A DNA stretch of 64,000 bases from an uncultured virus (IMG/VR IMGVR_UViG_3300032241_001451). Its lineage: Duplodnaviria > Heunggongvirae > Uroviricota > Caudoviricetes. Shown in pieces: positions 56,680-64,000 of the stretch. The translations under genes were made by a program, and so were the position numbers. The DNA is taken from IMG/VR virus record IMGVR_UViG_3300032241_001451; one strand, given 5' to 3'. Under the pieces are notes generated by a model. That model ran no database searches, was not told the origin of the DNA, and saw only the letters and a list, made by a program, of their open reading frames with translations. Position 1 is the stretch's first letter. The number at the start of each line of letters is the position of its first letter.

Positions 56680-56958
56680 TTAGTTGTCTGTATCTGTTGC
56701 GGAGTCACTAAAGAAGTGTTCATACATTTCGGACACTTCATTTAATTTATTTTGTGCGTGTTCATTAGCGACATCTAGTGCGCCAGTTAAGAGTTCGGGT
56801 TCTGCCATTAGTGTTAGTTGATACACCAGTTGCGCCAGTATCTCGGACTCATCTAGTTCGGGGAATAAGAACGACAACGCTTGCTTTAATTCTAAAGATT
56901 GTCGTAGTTTCTTTTGTATCTCATCTTGCGTTGATTGTTTTTCTTTACGCAACTTCAT
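56680..56958 (-). CDS. Hypothetical helical protein
   Basis: AAGGGG RBS. Confidence 0.65.
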   Translation of the reverse strand: MKLRKEKQSTQDEIQKKLRQSLELKQALSFLFPELDESEILAQLVYQLTLMAEPELLTGALDVANEHAQNKLNEVSEMYEHFFSDSATDTDN

Positions 56959-57061
56959 TTCGCCCCTTTTTATTCAGTAACGATACGAGTTGATAGTAAG
57001 AAGTAACTTCATCATCTATAAGAAGTGTTACACCAGTTTCATCTATTGTTGCGATAGTCAT
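56945..57061 (-). CDS. 38 aa hypothetical peptide (MTIATIDETG...)
   Basis: Translated by hand; GGAG RBS. Confidence 0.5.
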   Translation of the reverse strand: MTIATIDETGVTLLIDDEVTSYYQLVSLLNKKGRNEVA

Positions 57062-57087
57062 GTATTACTCCGTTTCGTAGTTAGTGA

Positions 57088-57240
57088 TTAGTTGGGGAAT
57101 AGCAGGTCTTTACAGAATTGTGACATCTGACTTACTGGGACTTTACAACTCTTAGGAGTTGTTATGTCATTTAACCAATAGCAGATAGCGATAACAACAA
57201 CTGCGATTAGTAAGAAGATAACTATGCGTTTTAGTTTCAT
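57088..57240 (-). CDS. 50 aa single-pass membrane protein with two external Cys
   Basis: MKLKRIVIFLLIAVVVIAICYWLNDITTPKSCKVPVSQMSQFCKDLLFPN; AAGGAG RBS. Confidence 0.7.
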   Translation of the reverse strand: MKLKRIVIFLLIAVVVIAICYWLNDITTPKSCKVPVSQMSQFCKDLLFPN

Positions 57241-58544
57241 TTATTCTCCTTTTCGTTGTTAGTGTTAAATTGAATACTTACAACAAGTATTCATAGCCGT
57301 TCACTTGTCATAACTGCTCATAACAGGTAACAAGTGACCGACTAAAAATAATTGTTAAAGATAAGTAGTAATAAGCGCACACGATTTGATTTCGCATTTG
57401 ACCATGTATTTGTCGCACTAGGCGTAGTCAATTAGCGGTGTGATTATTAGCAGAAGATTGTCTGCCCAAGTGTTAGCCAACGCATTTTGTTGCGCGGTGT
57501 AATTAACTGCTAAGTGTTAAAGAAGTTTCATAACAAGTCACACATTGACTTTCATACTTCATAACAATTAGTGAAGTTAAATTACTGTTGCGAGAGTTTC
57601 ACTCGCACCGATTAAGAAGTTTCACAACTTCAATAGTGGCGTTGTAATAAATACAACCTGCTCTATCGGATTTCCACGAACCGATTTCTCGGTGGCGGGC
57701 TAACAAGAGAATTGTATGTGACATCAGGGCAAGAACGCAACTCACCCGAAATTGAGCGTGTTTCACGCGTGAATTGGGGGTGGGAATTGGCAGATTGCCA
57801 GCCCTTGATACTTTCCCGTTCTCCACCCCCCATGAGTCCTACATACTGTGATTACAGTTGTTAAAGAAGATTGGTATTTATTTTCTGCGTTTATTTTCAG
57901 TAACGATAAACAGTTAATAGTTAAAGAAGATAGTAATAAGTTATTTATTGGCAGTTGGTACAACTAGGCGTTATTACAGTTACTACTGGCATCAACTTAA
58001 CAAAATAACAATAAGTATGTAATAGTTCTAAAGATAAGTGCGGTGGGGGTTATAGGGGGCAACGCCCCCTAAATACATTGAAGAATAGTTAGTGTCTATT
58101 AGAGAGATAAGAGAGAGAGAAGAGATACTTTGTTGTGGCTATTGAATACTGCTACTAGATAACTACTAGACATGACAGATAGATACACATTGTTAGTGTT
58201 TCACAATGCTTATGTGAGTTGATAACAACTGGAAAAGTTGTCTGAAAGGCTGGTGGTACAAACAGCGTGCCACACTACTTTGCGACAGTAGCCAAACAGT
58301 TACATAACAGTTGCTATCGAAACTGCTATCAAACTATTTAATAACGCGTGTTTCACGCGGGGATTGAACAATAAATACAAGTTATAGAAACTTGTTGTAA
58401 GTGTAATAGCGCAATAAATAGTTAGTTGTTGTTGCGTGATACCCCACAGTTAAGCCAAAAACGCTCATGGAACGGCCAGGTGAGAGGCATGGTTGAAGGG
58501 TTTGAGGTTAGGCAGTAGCCGAAAAGTGGTGCTAGAGTGCCATT
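57241..58544. other. 1.3 kb divergent non-coding control region with a dense hairpin array (candidate genome end or structured RNA)
   Basis: No credible ORF; at least 14 short perfect inverted repeats; transcription diverges on both sides. Confidence 0.7.
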
Positions 58545-59093
58545 ATGACCAATTTAACCACCATGCAGTTTCAATACGCTCTGACAATCGACGAAGAGGC
58601 GCTCTGTACCCAAGTCGGGTATGAGAGACAACTGCCCTATTTAGGGCAACCAGAGAAGAATATGAACTATTCTGAAGGGGATGCGTGGGAAATGCTCCAA
58701 CACATCATCTGTGCAGGTAGTGAACTAGCCTTTGCTCGTATGATGGGCCTAAACGAGTTCGTTCCTCACGTCAATAAATGGAAGACAGAGTTAGATATCC
58801 CTGGTTTTGGAGAAGTGCGATTTGCATTTCCTCCCAAGTTCCCAGAATACACCAATGAGATTCGTGGATTGAGATACACAACTCATGATAATCCTGATTT
58901 AAAGTATGTTTTGCTTGCAGGAGGGTTAGCAAATAAGACTCGTCGTCAAGCACCCGACTGGAAAGGCTCTCCGTACATTGCGGTAGGATGGATGTATGGG
59001 CATGAGTGCACTCGTAAAGAGTGGCAAATGAACGCCAAAACCTATTATGTTCCCAGAAACCATCTACATACTATGGAGAGTTTAGAGATATGA
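58545..59093 (+). CDS. Restriction-endonuclease-fold-like protein, paralog 1
   Basis: G.ELAFA...LDI....EVR...GW. Confidence 0.5.
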   Translation: MTNLTTMQFQYALTIDEEALCTQVGYERQLPYLGQPEKNMNYSEGDAWEMLQHIICAGSELAFARMMGLNEFVPHVNKWKTELDIPGFGEVRFAFPPKFPEYTNEIRGLRYTTHDNPDLKYVLLAGGLANKTRRQAPDWKGSPYIAVGWMYGHECTRKEWQMNAKTYYVPRNHLHTMESLEI

Positions 59094-59650
59094 GCAAAAT
59101 CGTCCATTTATCCCAAGCAGAGGTCGCTGCATGCGCCTCTATCGCCCAACAACGCTGGTTAATGAAATTTGGAAGTGTTGATAGACCCAATTATGCGGGT
59201 GATAACAAACGTTTCCTTGAACCTGAGATAGCCGCAAACGTGAGAACCATCGTTGCAGAGTACGCAGTGGCTAAATTGTATAAGAAAGCGATGGTCTTCC
59301 CCTTCTACCCCAATGAAGAGCATTCTTTTAGAAAAGACTTTCCAGATGTCTTTCCTAATATCGAGGTAAAAAGTATTAGAACGAGGGATGAGGTCCCTGT
59401 TTTCCCTAAAGACTTACATGAGGGGTGGGTCTTGGTAGGTGCGCGTGTGGAAGATAGGGACTACTACTCTGAAGTTGAAGTCTATGGTTGGGTTTCTATG
59501 GATGAGATTCCAATGCATAGCGAATGGCTCTATGCACCAGAGGGGTCGTGGAGGGTACCTTTGTCAGAATTTGATGATACCTCCCCTATCCCAGAAGATT
59601 TTTCAATTTCCAGTAAAGGCAGTAGCCTTAGAGCAGTAAACGAAGGGTAA
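59090..59650 (+). CDS. Restriction-endonuclease-fold-like protein, paralog 2
   Basis: AEYAVAK...PDV...IEVKS...GW; ATGA overlap. Confidence 0.55.
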   Translation: MSKIVHLSQAEVAACASIAQQRWLMKFGSVDRPNYAGDNKRFLEPEIAANVRTIVAEYAVAKLYKKAMVFPFYPNEEHSFRKDFPDVFPNIEVKSIRTRDEVPVFPKDLHEGWVLVGARVEDRDYYSEVEVYGWVSMDEIPMHSEWLYAPEGSWRVPLSEFDDTSPIPEDFSISSKGSSLRAVNEG

Positions 59651-59654
59651 GAAG

Positions 59655-59780
59655 ATGCACATTGCCTATGGAAGAACAAGTGAGTGGGGGTTTGCTTTGA
59701 AGTACAACCCTGATTATAAAGATATCTCGATTGATTTTATTAAGTGGTACTTTGCTATTGGGATTGGTAAGGACAAATGA
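59655..59780 (+). CDS. 41 aa aromatic-rich peptide (MHIAYGRTSEWGF...)
   Basis: Translated by hand; ATGA overlap with the next gene. Confidence 0.5.
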   Translation: MHIAYGRTSEWGFALKYNPDYKDISIDFIKWYFAIGIGKDK

Positions 59781-60004
59781 AATTCAGCGCAGGTCTGCTC
59801 AAGTGGTTCCAGTTGGGAGTTGGAGTTAATAACTTCTCAGCATGGATAACCCTAGGCTTTTGCTACATGCAAGTTGAGAGAAAGTATTCAGAGGTAGTAC
59901 CTGCATTGAAAGAAGTGACACTTACCTGTCTTAGTTGTGGTACATCTACTCGCACTTTCTCAGCCGAGTCCCGTACCCCTTACTACTGTTGGGATTGCAA
60001 ATGA
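59777..60004 (+). CDS. Small zinc-ribbon protein
   Basis: CLSC...CWDC. Confidence 0.6.
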   Translation: MKFSAGLLKWFQLGVGVNNFSAWITLGFCYMQVERKYSEVVPALKEVTLTCLSCGTSTRTFSAESRTPYYCWDCK

Positions 60005-60147
60005 GTATATTTTTAACGGCCCTTATTTGTTCTTTTATTTTTGCAACAGTATTTATATCTATAGCCACAGAGTGGTATATTATCTATAAGGATAAGGATA
60101 AGAGTTTTGATGACTTCTGGTCTACCCAGGAGTCTTTTGAGGAGTAG
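60001..60147 (+). CDS. Small membrane protein
   Basis: Hydrophobic N-terminus; ATGA overlap. Confidence 0.55.
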   Translation: MSIFLTALICSFIFATVFISIATEWYIIYKDKDKSFDDFWSTQESFEE

Positions 60148-60150
60148 GTC

Positions 60151-60357
60151 ATGTGGTCATGGGTATTAGCAGCAGTTGGGACAACTGGCATATTCTTCCT
60201 TGGTAGGAAGAGTATCTGGGCTTGGCTCATCCTTATCTGGAACGAGATTCTTTGGACTACCTACTCTTTGATTACCCACCAGTATGGCTTCATCGTCGCA
60301 TCGGTGGCATATGTTATTGTGTACCTACGAAACTACCGAGAATGGCGTAAAGCATGA
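60151..60357 (+). CDS. Three-helix membrane protein (PnuC-like half transporter)
   Basis: W.W.L....G....G.K..WAW, Y......QYGF, RN...W; GAGGAG RBS. Confidence 0.6.
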   Translation: MWSWVLAAVGTTGIFFLGRKSIWAWLILIWNEILWTTYSLITHQYGFIVASVAYVIVYLRNYREWRKA

Positions 60358-61136
60358 AATGTGAAGTTTGCCTACAGAAGTCAGAAGAGTTCTTGTTCAT
60401 GGTCGATGACCCAGAGGGTAAGAACACCCCTCAGAAGTTTGAGTACACATTTGTCATCTGTGAAGATTGCGTGGAGGACGTACTCGGCGTAGAGATGATT
60501 GACTACTATGCCACCAACTAAAGACCAGTACGCCCAGGCCTACAAGAAGGCCAAGCAGTTTGCTCCAAAAGACTGGAAGCCAGAAGGACTAAAGGCCTAT
60601 CAATACAGTCAGAGTCAGATGAAACATCAGCCCATCAACGAGTCGGAGTTTGACCCATTAGTTGAAGAAGAATTGTGGAATAGTTAAATAAGATTCTTTT
60701 TCTCAGAAATGACACACTTATCATATGGACAGATGCATCAAGTGTGAACATAGCATCGTAGGTGGAGTCTGCTCAGTAGAGACCTGTAAATGTATCTGTG
60801 AGGCTATCCCTACCAAGGGCGAATATACCAATGACGAGGTCTGGTAATGGGTAAGGTCCAAAGAGTTCAAGAGTTACGTAAGTCAAGTGCTGCAACACCT
60901 ATCCGTAATAAGAAGCGATATCGCCGTGATGACTTCAATGCCGATATGTCGTTACTGAGAGAAGAACAATTCCACATTGGTGAGGCTCCCGATGGCACAG
61001 TGGCAGGGGCTAGTAAGCAATGAGCACCAAAGTCTGCTATCTCTGTCAGGGCGAGGGCATGATGCAATCAGGAGAAGAATGCCCATGCTTTACCAACTCA
61101 TGTCCATGTCAGTATTGCAAGGTTGCTAATGCCTAG
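60354..61136 (+). other. Run of about five coupled micro-ORFs, three Cys-rich (MKCEVC..., MDRCIKC..., MSTKVCYLC...)
   Basis: Translated by hand; start-stop overlaps. Confidence 0.5.
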
Positions 61137-61485
61137 ACAAGAAGATTTCTATCACGGTTCCACAGCACACTTTAAGCCAGGAGATGTCATCCAGTCACCT
61201 GCTGCTCGTGGATTACCAAACCCACGACCAAGCAATCCTTTATATCACCATGACCGTGTTTATGTGACACCATTGCATCTAATCACCGCTCGCATATATG
61301 CACACGGACCAGAAGACACATCAGATACTGGTCCATCAGGCCACATCTACAAAGTGAAGCCAGTAGGTCAGAAGCGTCACGATAAAGAAGTTAAGTGGGG
61401 CATGAAGGGCATCTCTTACCACTTCCGTGAGGCAGTCGTTCTGAGCAAGCACCATCCAGATACAATGGAGGAGATTAAAGAATGA
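61129..61485 (+). CDS. Arr-like ADP-ribosyltransferase-fold protein
   Basis: FYHGS...FKPGD.I, VYVT, A..YA, IYKV.P.G. Confidence 0.75.
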   Translation: MPRQEDFYHGSTAHFKPGDVIQSPAARGLPNPRPSNPLYHHDRVYVTPLHLITARIYAHGPEDTSDTGPSGHIYKVKPVGQKRHDKEVKWGMKGISYHFREAVVLSKHHPDTMEEIKE

Positions 61486-61754
61486 CATTGCCATCCAAGA
61501 AGAAAAAAGTGTACGGGCCGTACAAAGATAAAAACAAGGGCGGACGCACAATGATGGTCGAGTACGACCCTAAGACTCAAAAGACCACATCGACTCATGA
61601 GGCACGTTACAAGAAGGAAAAGTCGCTGGGGCGCACACTCAAGAAAGATGAGCACGTCGACCACAAAGACAATAACAAACATAACAATGGTTCGAAGAAC
61701 CTCCAGGTGATGAAGGCGTCTAAAAATATTGGCAAAGGTAACAAGAACCGATGA
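61482..61754 (+). CDS. Small HNH endonuclease-like protein
   Basis: LGR.L...EHVDHKD.NK.NN...NL. Confidence 0.8.
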   Translation: MTLPSKKKKVYGPYKDKNKGGRTMMVEYDPKTQKTTSTHEARYKKEKSLGRTLKKDEHVDHKDNNKHNNGSKNLQVMKASKNIGKGNKNR

Positions 61755-61905
61755 GCGCCATTGACGATGCTAAAGAACTCTGGAAGTCACAAGAATTAGA
61801 TGAAGAGTGTTCTCCTAACAAGGTATGTAAGAACATGAAGGACGTCACCTACGGCTTATCTGCCGCAGATTGGAAGTCTATGCTCCAAAAAGAAGGTAAG
61901 TGGAA

Positions 61906-62247
61906 ATGAGCGCACCCCTCTCCCATAAGCAATTAGCCATGTTCATGCCTGCAGGGGAAGTCAAGGCTATGACAGGCAAGAAGTCACCTGACCGTCAATG
62001 GTTCCATATGCCTTTTGCAGGACCTACTGTTACCAACGGCAGAGAGTCAGCAGACCAGATGTGGGATAGGAAAGCCAAGGAAGCCAAGAGCGAACGCCTT
62101 ACCTCTAGCATTAAGAAGAAGGGCGTTCAGAAGCCTGTTCGTATGATGGAGTTCATGGGAGGTCATATCCTCAATGATGGGCACCACAGGGTGGCAGCAG
62201 CGGCTTCTATTGACCCTCATATGCTTATCCCTGTTATTCACGAGTAA
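61906..62247 (+). CDS. ParB/Srx-like domain protein
   Basis: L..SIKK.G...PV, DGHHRVAAA, IPV. Confidence 0.8.
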   Translation: MSAPLSHKQLAMFMPAGEVKAMTGKKSPDRQWFHMPFAGPTVTNGRESADQMWDRKAKEAKSERLTSSIKKKGVQKPVRMMEFMGGHILNDGHHRVAAAASIDPHMLIPVIHE

Positions 62248-62413
62248 GATAGTCGTTACTAAAGAAAAAACACAAGGGCGGCGTTAAAACGGGCATAGAG
62301 GGCATCTAGGGCACTTCAGGCGCCCAGCACGTCTCCTACAAGGCAAAAGTTGCTACAAAGCCCCCCAAGCCCATCTGGTACCCTTATCTCGACCATAGAG
62401 AAGGAGAAGCCTC

Positions 62414-62965
62414 ATGACGACCATCGTTGGAGTTCAGTACAAGAACAAATCGGTAATTGTTGCCGATAATCAAGTAACTGATGACACGGGTCGTCGTTTT
62501 AACCATCCTGACATGAAGAAGATTGCAGAACGTGGTCCTATTCTTGTTGCAGGAAGTGGCGAGGTTCAACCATGCGACGTCATTCAACACATGTGGAATC
62601 CACCAGCGTTGACTGTTAAAGATAAAAAAGACATTTATCACTATGTAATTACTAAGGCGATGCCATCCTTTCGCAAGTGCCTTGTGGATAACGGCTATGA
62701 CTTTGCAGAAGGTAAGGGCGATGGAAAGGCTGATGAACAGCGCTTCCATTTCATTATTTCTATTAATGGCGAATTATTCGACATAGCAGATGACTTATCT
62801 GTCTGTCGTTCAGAAGACGGTTTCTATGGTGTAGGTTCAGGTGCGTCATATGCTTTGGGCGCTCTTCATGCAGGAGCCACCCCAGTTGAAGCAGTTGATA
62901 TCGCTGCTAAACTAACCGTGTATACATCAGGACCATATCAAGTTGTGGAGCAATTAAAAAGATGA
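62414..62965 (+). CDS. HslV/proteasome-beta-like Ntn peptidase
   Basis: MTTIVG, AD.Q, KI, AG.G, GSG..YALGAL; AAGGAG RBS. Confidence 0.88.
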   Translation: MTTIVGVQYKNKSVIVADNQVTDDTGRRFNHPDMKKIAERGPILVAGSGEVQPCDVIQHMWNPPALTVKDKKDIYHYVITKAMPSFRKCLVDNGYDFAEGKGDGKADEQRFHFIISINGELFDIADDLSVCRSEDGFYGVGSGASYALGALHAGATPVEAVDIAAKLTVYTSGPYQVVEQLKR

Positions 62966-63258
62966 GTAAGGCAAAAGAAAAGATTGAACAAAAGCAGATG
63001 GAGGCAAATGCCTTTATTTTGCAGACAAAAGAAGAACGCGCTAAAGCACGTTGGGAAGATGCACAATTAAAAGCGGCAACTGCACAATCGGTGTTAGATT
63101 ACGCCATTGAACAATACGAAGCACATAAAGAAGAATTGGAAAAAGACATTATTACACAGACAGAAGAGCAGATTACGGCTCGCACTACACAGATTAGAGA
63201 ATTTCTCATGTCTGAAAAAGACATTTACTTAGAATCTATGGGCATTCAAGCAGACTAA
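62962..63258 (+). CDS. Coiled-coil hypothetical protein
   Basis: ATGA overlap; Glu/Gln/Lys-rich. Confidence 0.65.
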   Translation: MSKAKEKIEQKQMEANAFILQTKEERAKARWEDAQLKAATAQSVLDYAIEQYEAHKEELEKDIITQTEEQITARTTQIREFLMSEKDIYLESMGIQAD

Positions 63259-63431
63259 CCGCCTGTTTTATAAAAGCCATTTCCCTTAAACTGTAAACCA
63301 AAAGGTGTGTACACACGGGTTAATGAGTAACCGCATGATGGGCAAGGGTATCTAGACTCTTCAGCGTGGATGCTACGTTCGTGTTCAATAGTAATATCAC
63401 ACGTTATACATGAGTATTCGTATTTAGGCAT
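63255..63431 (-). CDS. FmdB-family zinc-ribbon protein
   Basis: MP.YEY.C..C, CP.CG, FKG.GFY.T. Confidence 0.9.
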   Translation of the reverse strand: MPKYEYSCITCDITIEHERSIHAEESRYPCPSCGYSLTRVYTPFGLQFKGNGFYKTGG

Positions 63432-63939
63432 GGACTGGCGCAAACTCTGCGACGGGATGTAGCAGTGATTGTGGAACATACACGTTCCCATTGTCGTCTT
63501 GTTCAAAGACTCCTTCACGTGCATCACGTATCTTGATAGCACCTAGTAGATAGACAATGTTTTCATTCTTCTCATCTACGCAGCCAAGTACTGCCACTTT
63601 GTTAATGGCATCTGTATTACGAATAGTTAACTGCCCTTTTGTTGTTCTGGCACGTCTTACCTCAAAGTATGGTTCAACATCTGGTAATCCCTTATGTTCG
63701 CCATGTTCTGCAAGGTCCCAATCTTCACTGTTCCATTGAGTTCCATAGTAAGTGGCAACTGCACACTCAACTAAGCAACCCTTAATGTCACCATCAAATG
63801 CGGTGTCATAGGCTGTAAAGCGATGAGTAGAGAAGCGCTCCCCTGTAATTGGGTCACGATGGCGCCATTGGCGTTTAATACCTGCTGTATAGGCTCTAAT
63901 CATTTGTGATTCGGTTAGTTTAATTATTTCCATCTTCAT
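63424..63939 (-). CDS. Restriction-endonuclease-fold-like protein, paralog 3
   Basis: G.L.E.AVA...PDV...FEVR...LG. Confidence 0.55.
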   Translation of the reverse strand: MKMEIIKLTESQMIRAYTAGIKRQWRHRDPITGERFSTHRFTAYDTAFDGDIKGCLVECAVATYYGTQWNSEDWDLAEHGEHKGLPDVEPYFEVRRARTTKGQLTIRNTDAINKVAVLGCVDEKNENIVYLLGAIKIRDAREGVFEQDDNGNVYVPQSLLHPVAEFAPVHA

Positions 63940-64000
63940 ACTCCATATCGTTTAATTCTCCAGTTACGTATTTAACACGCCAACTATTTTGCTGATGAGA

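Noticed and set aside
57759..57776. Canonical parS site
   Set aside because: TGTTTCAC-GC-GTGAATTG has two extra central bases and a poor right arm compared with TGTTTCACGTGAAACA
48488..58045. Recurrent TGCGGT(G) as an early promoter motif
   Set aside because: Most copies are inside coding sequence and may be a by-product of TGCA avoidance
58100..58126. GA-rich tract as a microsatellite or phase-variation site
   Set aside because: Imperfect, and not within an identifiable gene or promoter
57241..58544. CRISPR array or tRNA cluster in the large intergenic region
   Set aside because: The hairpins differ in sequence and spacing; no cloverleaf with a T-loop GTTCRA was found here or elsewhere
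1..64000. Genome-wide stop codon reassignment
   Set aside because: Long conserved genes are intact in the standard code, and TAA, TAG and TGA all end genes

Overview
This window is a 64 kb piece of a large tailed dsDNA phage with a contractile tail. The host is very likely actinobacterial, based on WhiB, leaderless TANNNT-N6/7-ATG genes and an actinophage-type replication module. Layout: (1) 1-19.8 kb, + strand virion module: two jelly-roll paralogs, a cluster of tiny Lys- and Cys-rich peptides around an endonuclease VII, neck, sheath, tube, chaperone with a probable +1 frameshift, tape measure with an M23 domain, and baseplate. (2) 19.8-35.6 kb, replication and recombination: HTH initiator with an internal ori-like repeat cluster, DnaC-like loader, DnaB, primase, SNF2, SSB, PolA, RecA, resolvases, WhiB, Cas4-like nuclease, dNMP kinase, SpoVS. 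(3) 35.6-45.8 kb: hypothetical proteins, a nucleotidyltransferase / HAD-like / TGT-like trio, and a class II RNR. (4) 45.8-57.2 kb, - strand: lytic transglycosylase, tyrosine recombinase with an inserted Cys/His module, and an early-type operon with an AAA+/vWA pair. (5) 57.2-58.5 kb: a divergent non-coding region packed with hairpins. (6) 58.5-64 kb: accessory genes (nuclease-like paralogs, Arr-like ADP-ribosyltransferase, HNH, ParB-like, HslV-like, FmdB). The strongest unexplained signal is an 11-13 kb zone in which I found no ATAT, TGCA or GGCC. It ends abruptly just right of the hairpin array, which suggests first-injected DNA next to a genome end. All family calls come from motif recognition by eye; no searches or counts were run.
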